DNA from: Gemmatimonadaceae bacterium
GTDB taxonomy: Bacteria; Gemmatimonadota; Gemmatimonadetes; Gemmatimonadales; Gemmatimonadaceae
Direction: 5' to 3'
NCBI GenBank assembly: GCA_044224875.1
Contig: JBGAJQ010000011.1
Span: 44,089 to 108,088, forward strand
DNA length: 64,000 bases
The translations under genes and the position numbers were made by a program. The notes below the pieces were generated by a model. It was not told the DNA's origin. It saw nothing but the letters and a program-made list of their open reading frames with translations, and searched no databases. Positions 1 through 10,535 of the stretch are shown piece by piece (the stretch's first letter is position 1; each line of letters starts with the position of its first letter).

Positions 1-1
1 G

Positions 2-946
2 AATCCGTGGCCGCGCAGCGGTACGGCCGGTTTGGGACGTGCGCTGCGTTGGGGACTCATCCGCAACCTTCAGAGGCTTGCGCCTACACCAGCGCGCGGA
101 AGTCTCCCGACGGCCGTATCGCAGGTCGAGTATCCGCGAGCCGACGTGTCCACGCACCTGGCCACATGGATCGGCCACTCCACCGTGCTGTTGCAGATGG
201 CGGGGCTCAACGTCATCACGGATCCGGTGTTTGCCGCACGCGCATCCCCATTCGCGAGCCTTGGCCCGCGGCGTGTGATGGACGCGGCGATGCCGCTGGA
301 CGCCTTGCCGCCGCTGGATGTGGTCCTGGTGTCCCACAACCACTACGACCACTTGGATCGCGACTCGACCGAGCGCCTGGCGGCCACGACGAATGCCACG
401 TGGGTCGCACCGTTGAAGCTGGGAGAGACACTCACGCGCTGGGGTGTTCGTGACGTGGTGGAGCTCGACTGGTGGCAGAGCGCGAACGTGCGTGGCCTGG
501 ACCTCACGGCTACACCGGCCCGGCACTTCAGTGGACGCTCACTGACGGATCGATTCGCGACCTTGTGGTGCGGATACACGATCGCCAGCTCCATCGCCCG
601 AGCGTACTTTGTCGGCGACAGCGCCTACCATCCGGAGTTTGGTGAGGTCGGCGAACGCTGCGGGCCGTTCGACTTTCTCATGATGCCCATTGGTGCCTAT
701 GATCCACGTTGGATGATGCGCAGCGTGCACCTGGATCCCGAGGAAGCCGTCCAGGCCTACGTCGATGTGGGTAGCGCCCACGATGTACAGCCGCTGATGC
801 TTGGCATTCACTGGGGAACCTTTCGCCTCACCGACGAGGCCATGGACGAGCCCCCGTCACGAGTGCGACGTGAATGGGCTCGTCGGACATTGGACCCCAC
901 CCGACTCTGGATCGCTGCCTTCGGCGAGACGCGTCGCTGGCGGTAG
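2..946 (+). CDS. MBL-fold metallo-hydrolase (NAPE-PLD/RomA-like), 5'-partial
   Basis: Motifs TWIGHSTVL, SHNHYDHLD, PARHFSGR, PIGAY and IHWGTF. The frame is open from the window edge (NPWP...). Confidence 0.9.
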   Translation, partial: NPWPRSGTAGLGRALRWGLIRNLQRLAPTPARGSLPTAVSQVEYPRADVSTHLATWIGHSTVLLQMAGLNVITDPVFAARASPFASLGPRRVMDAAMPLDALPPLDVVLVSHNHYDHLDRDSTERLAATTNATWVAPLKLGETLTRWGVRDVVELDWWQSANVRGLDLTATPARHFSGRSLTDRFATLWCGYTIASSIARAYFVGDSAYHPEFGEVGERCGPFDFLMMPIGAYDPRWMMRSVHLDPEEAVQAYVDVGSAHDVQPLMLGIHWGTFRLTDEAMDEPPSRVRREWARRTLDPTRLWIAAFGETRRWR

Positions 947-978
947 GACGAAATGCGTGGTCGCCGGTCGTTGATGGC

Positions 979-1545
979 CTAGATGCCCATCGACGCGCGG
1001 TAGCTCCGGTACACGGGCACGGCACGCAGCAGCGCCGCCAAGACCTCTCGCAACGCTGCAGCCAACTGCTCATCCGCGGCGATTGTTGCAGCTGTCAGAT
1101 CGCGACCCGGGAGCCTGAGCGGCACGGCCTCGTCGAACACGAGACGAGCGGACATGGTGCGAAGTGTTTCCGCCAGTGAGGCCTGCGCGTACGAGGAACG
1201 CGGCGACACATTCACGAGGGCGACGGGTTTGTGAGGAACCTCCGGTCCGCTGACCAGCCAGTCCAGTGCGTTCTTGAGCACGCCGGGAACGCCATGCGCG
1301 TACTCAGGCGAACAGATCAGCATGGCGTCCGCCGCTCGAACCTGTGCGCGCAATGACTGCACCGTCGCTGGAAGCGGAACACCTTCGACGTCGTGGTCCG
1401 GATTGAAGGCCGGCACGTCCGCGAGTCCGGTCAGCAACGGCACTCGCACCTCGGGAGAGGCGAGGTGTGCCACAGCCATCAGAACCTCGGTATTGGTCGA
1501 CTGCGCGCGCAGACTCCCGGAAATGGCCAGGATCGTCGTCGACAC
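979..1545 (-). CDS. NADPH-dependent FMN reductase
   Basis: ISGSLRxxSTN and SPEYAHGVPGVLKNALDW motifs. The GTG start abuts the MFS stop codon. Confidence 0.9.
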   Translation of the reverse strand: MSTTILAISGSLRAQSTNTEVLMAVAHLASPEVRVPLLTGLADVPAFNPDHDVEGVPLPATVQSLRAQVRAADAMLICSPEYAHGVPGVLKNALDWLVSGPEVPHKPVALVNVSPRSSYAQASLAETLRTMSARLVFDEAVPLRLPGRDLTAATIAADEQLAAALREVLAALLRAVPVYRSYRASMGI

Positions 1546-3108
1546 CTACGCCGCCGCCTCGATCTCCAGTTCGCGGAGATCCCGCCCACGGCTCTCTCCG
1601 CCGAAGACGACCAATAGCAGGAAGCCCACCGCCGTCGGGACCGCGACTGCCAGCGCCGCGGCGCCTAACGGCGGTACGACGCCGGCTAGACTCAGTCCCT
1701 GCGCCACCAACCCGCCGAACTTGCTGCAGCCAGCCACCCAACCGGTGGCGCGCCCCCGCACGCGCAGCGGATAGCTCTCGGCAGTGTACGGCAGCAGGAT
1801 CGAAATCACGCCGCTGGATCCCACGATGAGGAGCGACAGTGGGATCACTGGACTGGTCGCCGGGTTGGAGCTGCGCAACAACAGTCCGATCAATCCACCC
1901 ATCATGATGCCCGTCATGACCAGCAGCGCCCCCTTGGTGCTCCACGACGCATAGAGCCACGCTGACACCACGATCACGGGCGCGGCGATCACCGTTGACT
2001 GCGCAATCAGGGCGCTCGACGCCGCCACACTTCGTCCTTCTGCCACCAACGCGCTCGGCAGCCACAACATGATTCCGAAGTTCACGAGGCCCCAGGCGAG
2101 CGCGCTGAAGGTCAGCGCCACCGTGAGGCGCTTCTGGCTTGGGGTCATGGCGGCGAGACGGGTCGAGCGCGGCGCGCTGGCCGCGCGCTCCTGGCGGTGG
2201 GACTGTACCACGGCCCCGAACCGCGCGAGGACGGCCCGAGCCTCCCCGCTTCGGCCCATCTGCTGAAGAAAACGCGCCGACTCAGGGAGGAACGGGCTTA
2301 GCGCAATGAGGATCAAACCCGTCGGCAGGTTGAGGAACCACATGATCCGCCAACCGAACTCCGGCTGCAACAAGGCTGACAGCGAACTCGCGGCAAAGAA
2401 CCCGCCCACCGCGCCGATGCCTCCGATCATCACAAGCGTCCAGCCGCGATGGCGCGTGGGCATGATCTCGGCAAGCAGGGCGTAGGTCACCGGCAACATG
2501 CCCCCCGCGGCCATGCCCATCAACATGCACATGAAGACATTCCACCAGAAGCTCGGCATCGCCCCGCAGATGGACGTCCCAATGAACATGACGCTCGACA
2601 GCAAAATCGAGGCGCGCCTTCCGTACAGGTCAGCCAACGCCCCCCAGATGAACGAGCCAATGACCGTCCCCGTCAGCGCCGCCAGCGGCAGCCACGCCAC
2701 CATTTCCTTGCCGACGGAGTACTCCTTGCGCATGCCAGGCGTGACGAAGCCCAGACTCGCCGGCTTCATGATGTCGATGATGAGGGCCAGGGCCAGGAGT
2801 GCCGCGAGCGTCCAGTGAGCGCGAGTGAGCGGCGCATCTTCTGGCGGCGCGATGGTCTCGACCACGCGATCGACCGTCGGTACGGTCGTCGGCAACAGAC
2901 CGTACCCGGCAAGCAGCACGCCGCCGACGATCAAGGCCATCCCCCACAGCATCCCTTGATCCATGGGCATGCCGGCAAGCACGTAGCCGTTGCTGCGCCC
3001 CATCAGGAACATCGGCAGATGTAACACCACCCCCGCCGTCACCGTGATGCAGCCCAACCAGAAGGCCAGCGCACTGCGCCTCGCTTCGAATGTCACGACA
3101 GCTGGCAT
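1546..3108 (-). CDS. MFS transporter with extra N-terminal TM segments
   Basis: Motif A (GALADLYGRR), PESARFL and ESYPLRVRGRATG; many TM helices. Confidence 0.88.
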   Translation of the reverse strand: MPAVVTFEARRSALAFWLGCITVTAGVVLHLPMFLMGRSNGYVLAGMPMDQGMLWGMALIVGGVLLAGYGLLPTTVPTVDRVVETIAPPEDAPLTRAHWTLAALLALALIIDIMKPASLGFVTPGMRKEYSVGKEMVAWLPLAALTGTVIGSFIWGALADLYGRRASILLSSVMFIGTSICGAMPSFWWNVFMCMLMGMAAGGMLPVTYALLAEIMPTRHRGWTLVMIGGIGAVGGFFAASSLSALLQPEFGWRIMWFLNLPTGLILIALSPFLPESARFLQQMGRSGEARAVLARFGAVVQSHRQERAASAPRSTRLAAMTPSQKRLTVALTFSALAWGLVNFGIMLWLPSALVAEGRSVAASSALIAQSTVIAAPVIVVSAWLYASWSTKGALLVMTGIMMGGLIGLLLRSSNPATSPVIPLSLLIVGSSGVISILLPYTAESYPLRVRGRATGWVAGCSKFGGLVAQGLSLAGVVPPLGAAALAVAVPTAVGFLLLVVFGGESRGRDLRELEIEAAA

Positions 3109-3319
3109 ACCGGGTTGCGCCTGTGTGGGACGGGAGACGGCGGTGTAAGCTACTGACCGGATCGCGCGTGGGGAGCTAGGTCCGGAGACGACGCTCGCGT
3201 GGCACCTTGGAGCGCAGCAGAACCCGTGCCACGCAGCTCATTCCCTCCGCCCGCTCGAAAGCACAAGATAGGTGGCGCCGTGGTACCCGCACGTCGCCCT
3301 CAACCCGGCCGGAGAAGCC

Positions 3320-5347
3320 ATGTCGTCTGCCCGTACTCTCATCCCGCTCGTCCTGGCGTTAGGCACACCCGTCATGGCCGCGCCGGCGCGACCGCAAAAT
3401 CCTCGGCCCTTTGCCCCGGAAGACCTGCGTCTCATTCGCACGGTGAGCGATGTGCAGTTGTCACCCGATGGGACTCAGGCCCTCATCACCGTAACCAGCT
3501 CGGAATCCCCAGGACGTCCGCGCTCTGAGGTAAGGCTGCTGACCCTTGCCACCGGCTTGTCGCGCCGACTCGGACGAGAAGGTGAGGGCGTGTCTGGCGC
3601 GCGTTGGTCGCCGAAGGGGGACTGGCTAGCGTACTTCGGGCGCGAGGGTGACCGGTATGGCCTGATCGTCGCCCGCGCCGACGGCAGCGATGCCCGCCTC
3701 ATCGCCGACGTCGCAAGCACGAACCACCCGCTCCCGACCAGCGGTGAGCGTTTGAGCTGGTCACCAGACGGCACGCAGGTCGCGTACGTGTCGGCGACCG
3801 CCGGACCCGAGGTGGACGCCAACGGCGACCCCATGGTGATCACCCGCTACCTGTACAAACCGACGGCCGGAGAAGGTCTCACGAGGTTCAACGACAATCG
3901 GCGCCTGCACGTCTTCGTCGCCAACGCGGCGACGGGGGCAGTCAGGCAGCTCACCACGGGCGACTATTACGAGCATTCCCTCGACTGGTCACCCGGCGGC
4001 GATGAGGTGCTCTTCGTCTCCAATCGCGAACCCGATCCGGACCGCTTCTTCAACTACGATGTGTTTGCGGTTCGCGTGGCCACCGGCGCTGTCCGCCGCA
4101 TCACCACCACCAAGAATGCCGAATACGCGCCGGTGTGGTCGCCCGACGGCACCGTCATCGCGTACCAGGGCACCAAGCGCACGCTGACCTCCTCGGAAAC
4201 GACCATGGAGGACACGCACCTGTGGACGATGAACGCCGACGGAAGCGACCGACGAGAAATCGTGACACTTGACAATCGCCAGGGAGCGCCCGCCTGGTCT
4301 GCGGACGGCCGTGCGATCTACTTCACCCTGCAGGACCACGGGAATGTTCATCTCTATCGGACAACGTTAGGCGGCGCGACTCCGGAACGGGTCGTTGGGG
4401 GGACGGGTACCGTAGGGTCCTGGTCCGTCGGCCGGGACGGGACCATCGCCTATGCCTTCACCGCCACCGACCGCGCCGCCGAGTTGTACATCCGCACGAG
4501 CGCAGGCGCCACACGCCGTGTCACGACCTTCAACGACAGCCTGATGGCGCAGCGGCGGACAGCTGGCGTCGACTCCTTCACGGTGACCAGCGTGCGCGGA
4601 GTTCCCGTGCAGTCGTTTCTTGTCCGCCCGTTGGATCTGACGACCGGCAAGGCGCCACTCATCGCGCTGATCCACGGTGGACCGCACGGACAGCAAGGCG
4701 CCGCGTTCAATGCCAGCGCACAGGTCTACGCCGCCCACGGATACGGAGTACTCCTCGTGAACTATCGCGGGAGCACCGGCTACGGGCAGGCTCACGCCGA
4801 TGCCATCTTCGGCGACCAGAATGGAGCAGAGGCGCAGGACGTACTGGTAGCCGTCGATTCCGCACTCGCGCGCTATGCGTGGATCGACTCCACTCGCCTA
4901 GGCGTCGAGGGTGGAAGTTACGGCGGACAACTCGCGAACTGGCTTGTGACGCGGACAGATCGCTTCAAGGCGGCCATTCCTCGCGCCGGCATCAGCAACC
5001 TCGTCACCCAGAACTACCTCTCGTACTATCACGACTACCTGGCCGTGGAATTCGGATCGTTCCCGCACGAGGGCTCGGTCATGGACACGCTCTGGGCACG
5101 TTCACCGATTCGCTATGTCTCGCGTGTACGCACGCCTGTGCTGTTCCTGCACGGTGAAAACGACAACGACGTGCCGATCGCTGAGGCCGAGCAATTCTAC
5201 ATTGCCCTGATGGACGTAGGTGTACAGACGCAGATGATCCGTTATCCGCGCGAGGGGCACGGGCTACGCGAGACCAACCACGTGATCGACGCGCTCATCC
5301 GGTCGATGAACTGGTACGACCGGTGGTTCGCGAAGCCCAAAGTATGA
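3320..5347 (+). CDS. Secreted S9 family peptidase (beta-propeller plus alpha/beta hydrolase)
   Basis: Signal peptide, WSPDG repeats, HGGPH, GGSYGG nucleophile, YPREGHG. GGAGA lies before the ATG at 3320. Confidence 0.92.
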   Translation: MSSARTLIPLVLALGTPVMAAPARPQNPRPFAPEDLRLIRTVSDVQLSPDGTQALITVTSSESPGRPRSEVRLLTLATGLSRRLGREGEGVSGARWSPKGDWLAYFGREGDRYGLIVARADGSDARLIADVASTNHPLPTSGERLSWSPDGTQVAYVSATAGPEVDANGDPMVITRYLYKPTAGEGLTRFNDNRRLHVFVANAATGAVRQLTTGDYYEHSLDWSPGGDEVLFVSNREPDPDRFFNYDVFAVRVATGAVRRITTTKNAEYAPVWSPDGTVIAYQGTKRTLTSSETTMEDTHLWTMNADGSDRREIVTLDNRQGAPAWSADGRAIYFTLQDHGNVHLYRTTLGGATPERVVGGTGTVGSWSVGRDGTIAYAFTATDRAAELYIRTSAGATRRVTTFNDSLMAQRRTAGVDSFTVTSVRGVPVQSFLVRPLDLTTGKAPLIALIHGGPHGQQGAAFNASAQVYAAHGYGVLLVNYRGSTGYGQAHADAIFGDQNGAEAQDVLVAVDSALARYAWIDSTRLGVEGGSYGGQLANWLVTRTDRFKAAIPRAGISNLVTQNYLSYYHDYLAVEFGSFPHEGSVMDTLWARSPIRYVSRVRTPVLFLHGENDNDVPIAEAEQFYIALMDVGVQTQMIRYPREGHGLRETNHVIDALIRSMNWYDRWFAKPKV

Positions 5348-5393
5348 AAGGCCACCCCGACGAAAGCTTGAGAGGCTCCGCGGTGTCACAGCG

Positions 5394-6840
5394 TCAGGGA
5401 ACGCGAGCGAAATAGCCGTCGCCAACGTAGAGCCGCGTCACCCTTCCGCCCTCCTCCGCGAAGCGCACGACTTCACCGATCTCGCCCCCGCCGGTTGCGG
5501 CAATGACCTTGAACCGGCCGTTGCCGAGTGGCTCGAGCGTCACGGGATTGTCCACGTTAGGCGCGTTGGGCGTAATGAGGACGAGTCGGTCCTTCATCAG
5601 GACCACCTGTTCGTCGCCCCACGCGCCGCGATAGAGTCCCGCAAAACGCGCCCACGATGGGTCCCAAGCCACCACGGTCGGGTTTGGCTTCGCCGCCTTG
5701 GCCACCGCGGCGCCGACCGTGGACATCAGTTGGCGCGCGATCCCGCCAGGGTCGGAGTCATTGGTGTTGGTCAACACGATCACAGCGACCTTGTCGTCCA
5801 GTTGAATTCAGCGTGTTCGTCGTGTTGCCAAGGTATCCGCCCCCGTGACCGACATAGGTGCGATTGTTGATGCGGCTGACGGCGAAGCCAATAGCCGTTC
5901 CCGAGTTCCAGGTCTCCTCCACGGAGCGCACGCGGTGCATCTCCCGCAACGAACCCGTACTCAGGATCTGGCGGCCGCCCATCTTCCCGGTCCGGAACTG
6001 GGCCTCCACGAACTTGGCCATGTCCTCCACGTTCGACGAAATGCCGGTGGCCGATGCCATCCCCCGGGCGTCGATGAATGGAATCACGGCGCGCGAACCG
6101 TCGGGCATGCGGCGGCCGTATCCCACCGTCAACGCGGGATCGTTCTTGTCCACGCTCGACGCCGTCATGCCTAACGGCTCAAAGATGTGGGTCTGTACAT
6201 AGTCCGACCACCGTTGCCCGCTGACGGCTTCTACCACCATCCCGGCGATCGTGTAGGCGAGGTTCGAGTATTTCCAGCGCGTCGCTGGGGGAAAAGCCGC
6301 CTGTCGATCGGCGATCAGGCGTTTGATGTCGTCCCCCGATGGAAACTCGTTCGTGGCCCAGTGGTCCCCGGCCTCCCTCGGCAGTCCCGACGCATGCGTC
6401 AGGAGTTGCTCGATCGTCACCTCGCCATCGTTCTCCTCCGCCGGTTTCACCGAGAACCACGGCAGGTACTTCTTGACCGGATCGTCCAAACGCAACTTCC
6501 CCTGCTCTCGCAGCTGCATGATGGAGGTGGCCGTGAACAACTTGCTGTGCGAGGCCATGCGGAACAGCGTGGTCGCTGTCATGGGCCGCTTCGTGCTCAC
6601 GTCGGCGAACCCAAAGCCCTTCGACCATACCAGCTCCTGGTCGCTCACCACGCCAACGGCGATGCCGGGCAGCCCGCGGTAGGCGATCTGGGCGTCGAGC
6701 CACGCCGAGAAGAGCCGTTCAGCGGCGAGGACGTCCGGGTCGTTGGCCACCGTGCTCGCTGGCTGTGCGGACAGCCGCGTAGCCAGGATGACAGCCAGCA
6801 GGGCGGTACGGACGACGGGCACGGAAAGGCGGGAAGCCAT
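5394..6840 (-). pseudogene. Serine hydrolase (AmpC/beta-lactamase-like), split by a +1 frameshift near 5807
   Basis: SHSK (SxxK), YSN and HGG motifs. Removing one A in CTG-A-ATT-CAA restores ...NTLIQLDDKVAVIVLTN, joining ORFs 5758..6927 and 5394..5783. Could be a sequencing error. Confidence 0.8.
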
Positions 6841-6978
6841 GGAAATTGCTCGCGTTGACGATGCGCTAGCCTCGCCTCCCAGCCCGCGGCCGTCAAGACC
6901 GCCGGCACCCAATGCCGACCGTCGCAACGATCGACGAAACGGACAGCGCCTAACGCGAAGTTCGCCGTCGCACCGCGG

Positions 6979-7062
6979 CTAGACCGGCGGCGGTCCCACG
7001 CTGGTCAGGACCTCGTAGTGCAGGACGCCAGGCTCCCGCTCCAGCAGGAAGGCGTCGTCCTC
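6979..7062 (-). pseudogene. Orphan 3' fragment of an antibiotic-biosynthesis-monooxygenase-like gene
   Basis: Translates to EDDAFLLEREPGVLHYEVLTSVGPPPV*, resembling the EDxxFLLExEPxVxHYEV C-terminus of ABM-like proteins. No start codon. Confidence 0.6.
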
Positions 7063-7091
7063 TCGCCAGCGGCGCGCTCGCGGGCGAACCG

Positions 7092-7556
7092 TTACGCTGG
7101 TGTCGGGGCCAGGCGCCGCCACACGAGCGTTCGCGTCACGGGTTCTCCGCCTGCCGTGGCGGTGGCCAGCGCGATGGTGAGTGTGTCCCCATCCACCAGC
7201 ATGGTGCGGGTGAGCACGAGTCCCACGTTTTCCGCAGACAGTGCACCAAGCAACTTCTGCGTGACCGTTCCCCGTGCGTCATCGACCGTGTACGTGCCAA
7301 AGTACGCATCGTAACCCGCCTGCGAGCGCGAGTTGTTCGGCGCCGCCACCGATTGGGCCATGGACCGATCGGTCGACCCCATCGAGGTGCGATCCCGTTT
7401 CATGAACTGCGCGGCAAAGTGCCCGCTGCGGTCGTAATACAGCAGCGCCACCGGATCACTACCCAGCATCGGCTCGGGGCGAGGCTCGCCAGCCGCCGTC
7501 CGGTCCATGCGGCTGAGCAGCTCCCACGTGCCGATCATTGATTCCGAGAGTGACAT
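7092..7556 (-). CDS. Lipocalin-like domain protein (Lipocalin_5 type)
   Basis: IGTWELLS, YDAYFGTYTVD and C-terminal LVWRR. Confidence 0.8.
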   Translation of the reverse strand: MSLSESMIGTWELLSRMDRTAAGEPRPEPMLGSDPVALLYYDRSGHFAAQFMKRDRTSMGSTDRSMAQSVAAPNNSRSQAGYDAYFGTYTVDDARGTVTQKLLGALSAENVGLVLTRTMLVDGDTLTIALATATAGGEPVTRTLVWRRLAPTPA

Positions 7557-7642
7557 GAGGTCGGGCTCCAAGTCTGTGACAGATGTCGTCTGCGTCCGCG
7601 ATGTTTGACGTACGGCACCAGGCGTTCCGCAGCTTCGTCGCG

Positions 7643-8581
7643 TCAGCGCGCCAGCCAGTTCAGGACGCGCCGCGCGCGCAGCGTGAGCCAGCGATTCGGA
7701 GCGCCAACTTCGCCGGCGATCTCCTCGTACAGCGTGTCACGGTGCCTATGGGCGAGAACCCAACGTCCGTCAGGTCGTTGTTGCTGGCGGACGATACCGG
7801 CAGCCTCCTCGACTCGCGCATCCGCCGGCACCTGGGCGTTGCGCAGGTAGTCGAGCGCGCGTAGTGCGTCGTAGTGCCACAGTGGCGGAAACACGAGCCT
7901 GGTCCATCCCGGGTCGATCAGTTCGCCGGAGGACAGTCTACGCAGGAGTTTCCTCGCGAGCAGATATTCTTGCCCGCGACGGCGGGCATGGCTCACGCGA
8001 GGCGAGTCGCCAAACGCCTGCTCGAACGCGAGGAGGCCTTCGAGCACACACAGCGTCGTGTGAAACGACGAACGGATCGAGTTCCCACGCTCGGCCTCGC
8101 AATTCCATCCGCCGTCCTCCAGCTGTTCACTCAGCAGGCGATCAACCAGCCGATCGCTTCGCACACCGAAGTACGCGCCGAGTGCGACGGCACGTCCGTT
8201 GATGCACGGCTCCACCTCGCCCTCGAAGAACGGTGAGTCGCCAAACTCCGGCCCCCAGGTGACGTGCTCACGCACGCGATCGATTGCCGCGCGCACGGAC
8301 GGACTCCCAGGGTCAACACCAAGGTCACGCAGAAATACCAGCGTGTACAAGTTTGACCACCAGAATGGCAGGTCGACCCCGTCGCCCCACTGTCCGTCTG
8401 ACCGCTGTGCGGCCAGCAGCTGCGCCCCCCACCCTTCAGCGGCAACACGAGACCGCTCAGCCGCAACAATGTCGTCAGGCACATCGCAGAAATCGCGCAT
8501 CACCTGCCATCGTATGGACGGGTCGCTGTCGAGGAGCCAGGAGAGGACCGGGTCGCTCGGTGTCTGGGATGCAGGGTTCAT
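7643..8581 (-). CDS. Prenyltransferase/squalene-cyclase-like repeat protein
   Basis: WLLDSDPSIRWQVMRD, QxxDGxW repeats, EPCING, DGGWNCE and WHYDALRALDY. Confidence 0.8.
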   Translation of the reverse strand: MNPASQTPSDPVLSWLLDSDPSIRWQVMRDFCDVPDDIVAAERSRVAAEGWGAQLLAAQRSDGQWGDGVDLPFWWSNLYTLVFLRDLGVDPGSPSVRAAIDRVREHVTWGPEFGDSPFFEGEVEPCINGRAVALGAYFGVRSDRLVDRLLSEQLEDGGWNCEAERGNSIRSSFHTTLCVLEGLLAFEQAFGDSPRVSHARRRGQEYLLARKLLRRLSSGELIDPGWTRLVFPPLWHYDALRALDYLRNAQVPADARVEEAAGIVRQQQRPDGRWVLAHRHRDTLYEEIAGEVGAPNRWLTLRARRVLNWLAR

Positions 8582-8622
8582 ATGGGACGGCGGAATCGAT
8601 GGTCCTGAAGGCATCAGGTGCG

Positions 8623-9888
8623 CTATAGGCCATTCACCTGTGCGCGGCGCCGCTCAAGATAGCGACGCAACCGTGCGTCCGTCGTGAGCGAGGTCGCGCG
8701 CGTGAACGCGTCGTTCGCTTCGCCCAAGCGCCCCGCCTCGGCGAGCAAGTGCGCGCGCGACGCCCACGCAGGCTGGAACCGATTGATTGCCTCCATGTCA
8801 ATCGCATCCAACGCCTGCAATCCGGCCTCCGCCCCGTCGACCCTTCCCACGGCCACGGCATGAGCCACCAGCGCACCTAGAGTCGGTGCGAACGAGAGCA
8901 GCGCGCCATGAAGCGTGCGAAGCGCCACCCAGTCGGTCACGCCAGAATGCGCACGAGCGCAATGGACCGATTGTATCGCGGCCTCGACCTGAAATCGGCC
9001 CGCCTGATGAAGTGTGTTCGCTTGTTGCAGGTAACGCTCGCCACGGGAGATGAGCGCCGCATCCCACCGCGTCGTGTCCTGCTCCTCGAGTGGGACGAAC
9101 TCCGCGTCGGTGCCGTGCGCCTCGCGACGAGCGAGGGAAAGTGAGATCATCGCGGCGAGTCCAAGCACTTCGGGCTCACGCGGCAAGAGGTCGGCAAGCA
9201 ACGTCGTCAAACTGTACGCCTCGGCCGCCAGTGATTCACGGCGCTCCGTGCCCGCAACGAGGAAGTCGATCGCGTATGCGCCATAGATCGCCTCGAGGAC
9301 CGGCGTTAGGCGTGCTGCCATCTGGTCGCGTTCCGGGATGGCAAACGGAATGCGCGCGTCCCGAATGCGATGCTTCGCACGCACCAGACGCTGGGCCATT
9401 GTCGACGTTGGGATGACGAAGGCCCGCCCGATCTGCGCGGCATCGAAACCGAGCACCGTCTGCAGCATGAGCGGTGTATGCACCGCGGCGTCGATGGCCG
9501 GGTGCGCACACACAAAGAGCAGCGCGAGTCTTCGATCCGGGATCGCATCGTCATCGTCCAGTTGCAACGTCGCGGTCCGATTCCCGTGAACGACTTCGTC
9601 GAAGGGATCCGCCAAGCGATGCGCTGCCGACCGCTCACGGTCGCGTCGCTGATTGCGTGCAACCGTCAGCAGCCACGCTTCCGGATTGTCCGGCACGCCC
9701 GACGTCGGCCACGTGGACAGGGCCCTGGCAAACGCATCGGCGAGACAATCCTCAGCAAACTCGATGTCTCCGTCCTTCGCGGCCAGGATGGCGAGCAGGC
9801 GGCAGTACGACAGGCGGGCCACCTGCTCTGCGCGCAGCGCCACCTCCGACTCGCGAATGGGTGGATGAACGTTTTCGTCGTTCGTCAA
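8623..9888 (-). CDS. ECF42-like sigma factor with C-terminal TPR/DUF6596 extension
   Basis: WPTSGVPDNPEAWL, IPDRRLALLFVCAHPAID, MAQRLVRAK and QDTTRWD. Lies downstream of a YciI gene. Confidence 0.88.
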   Translation of the reverse strand: MTNDENVHPPIRESEVALRAEQVARLSYCRLLAILAAKDGDIEFAEDCLADAFARALSTWPTSGVPDNPEAWLLTVARNQRRDRERSAAHRLADPFDEVVHGNRTATLQLDDDDAIPDRRLALLFVCAHPAIDAAVHTPLMLQTVLGFDAAQIGRAFVIPTSTMAQRLVRAKHRIRDARIPFAIPERDQMAARLTPVLEAIYGAYAIDFLVAGTERRESLAAEAYSLTTLLADLLPREPEVLGLAAMISLSLARREAHGTDAEFVPLEEQDTTRWDAALISRGERYLQQANTLHQAGRFQVEAAIQSVHCARAHSGVTDWVALRTLHGALLSFAPTLGALVAHAVAVGRVDGAEAGLQALDAIDMEAINRFQPAWASRAHLLAEAGRLGEANDAFTRATSLTTDARLRRYLERRRAQVNGL

Positions 9889-9906
9889 TGCGGCGCCCGA
9901 TTGAGA

Positions 9907-10284
9907 TCAGTTCGCGTTGACCCACGCACCCTTGACGAAGCTCTTGGCGGCGGGGCGAATTTCCACCGTGCCCCAGTGTGCTGCCGGACATCGCTCCGCC
10001 CACGCTAACGCCGAGTCGAGATCGGGAACATCCAGCATGAAGATGCCGGCGAACGCTTCTTTGGTGTCGGCGAACGGACCATCCTGCACCTGTAGTGTTC
10101 CCTTCTTCATCGTAACACTCGTGGCATTCTGGATCGTCTGTAGCACCTCCGCGGAGCGCAGGACCCCTGCGTCTTCAAGGGCCTTCGCATATGCCTGAAA
10201 TGCGGCCATGCCCGCCTTAATCTCCTCTTCGGAGATGTTCATGACAGCGGGCTGCGGATAGTGAAGGAGCAATGCGTATTTCAT
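9907..10284 (-). CDS. YciI/DGPF family protein
   Basis: MKYALLL start, DGPFADTKE and GTVEIRP. Confidence 0.9.
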   Translation of the reverse strand: MKYALLLHYPQPAVMNISEEEIKAGMAAFQAYAKALEDAGVLRSAEVLQTIQNATSVTMKKGTLQVQDGPFADTKEAFAGIFMLDVPDLDSALAWAERCPAAHWGTVEIRPAAKSFVKGAWVNAN

Positions 10285-10330
10285 GTTGGAAGTCCTCATT
10301 TTGTTGGATGACGATCGCGGACATCCGAAT

Positions 10331-10357
10331 GACGGACGAGCGACGTCCGAATCGACA
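10331..10357 (-). promoter_or_regulatory. Putative ECF42-type promoter TGTCGA-N17-CGTC
   Basis: Matches the reported ECF42 elements (-35 TGTCGA, -10 CGA/TC). About 47 nt upstream of the YciI-ECF operon. Confidence 0.65.
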
Positions 10358-10515
10358 GGGTGCGAACCCAAGACGTGTCGCCCAAACCAACTCAACGGTC
10401 GGGAATATCCGCTGTCCGGTCCGCCTGTCGCGAGGAAGGGGCCCGTCAGCTTCACAGGGACTGCACAGCGTGCCCGGGAAGCGCCCGGCCCTTCGGCCTT
10501 GCGCCGGCGCGATTT

Positions 10516-10535
10516 CACTTTATACTGCAAAGTAC
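10516..10535. promoter_or_regulatory. Palindromic operator ACTTT-N7-AAAGT overlapping a putative -10
   Basis: CACTTTATACTGCAAAGTAC. Its reverse complement is 16/20 identical to 44591-44610. TTGCGC-N16-TATACT lies at 10499-10526. Confidence 0.6.

Noticed and set aside
5800..5812. Programmed ribosomal frameshifting in the serine hydrolase (and at about 59895)
   Set aside because: No slippery sequence or stimulatory structure is evident; mutation or assembly error is simpler.
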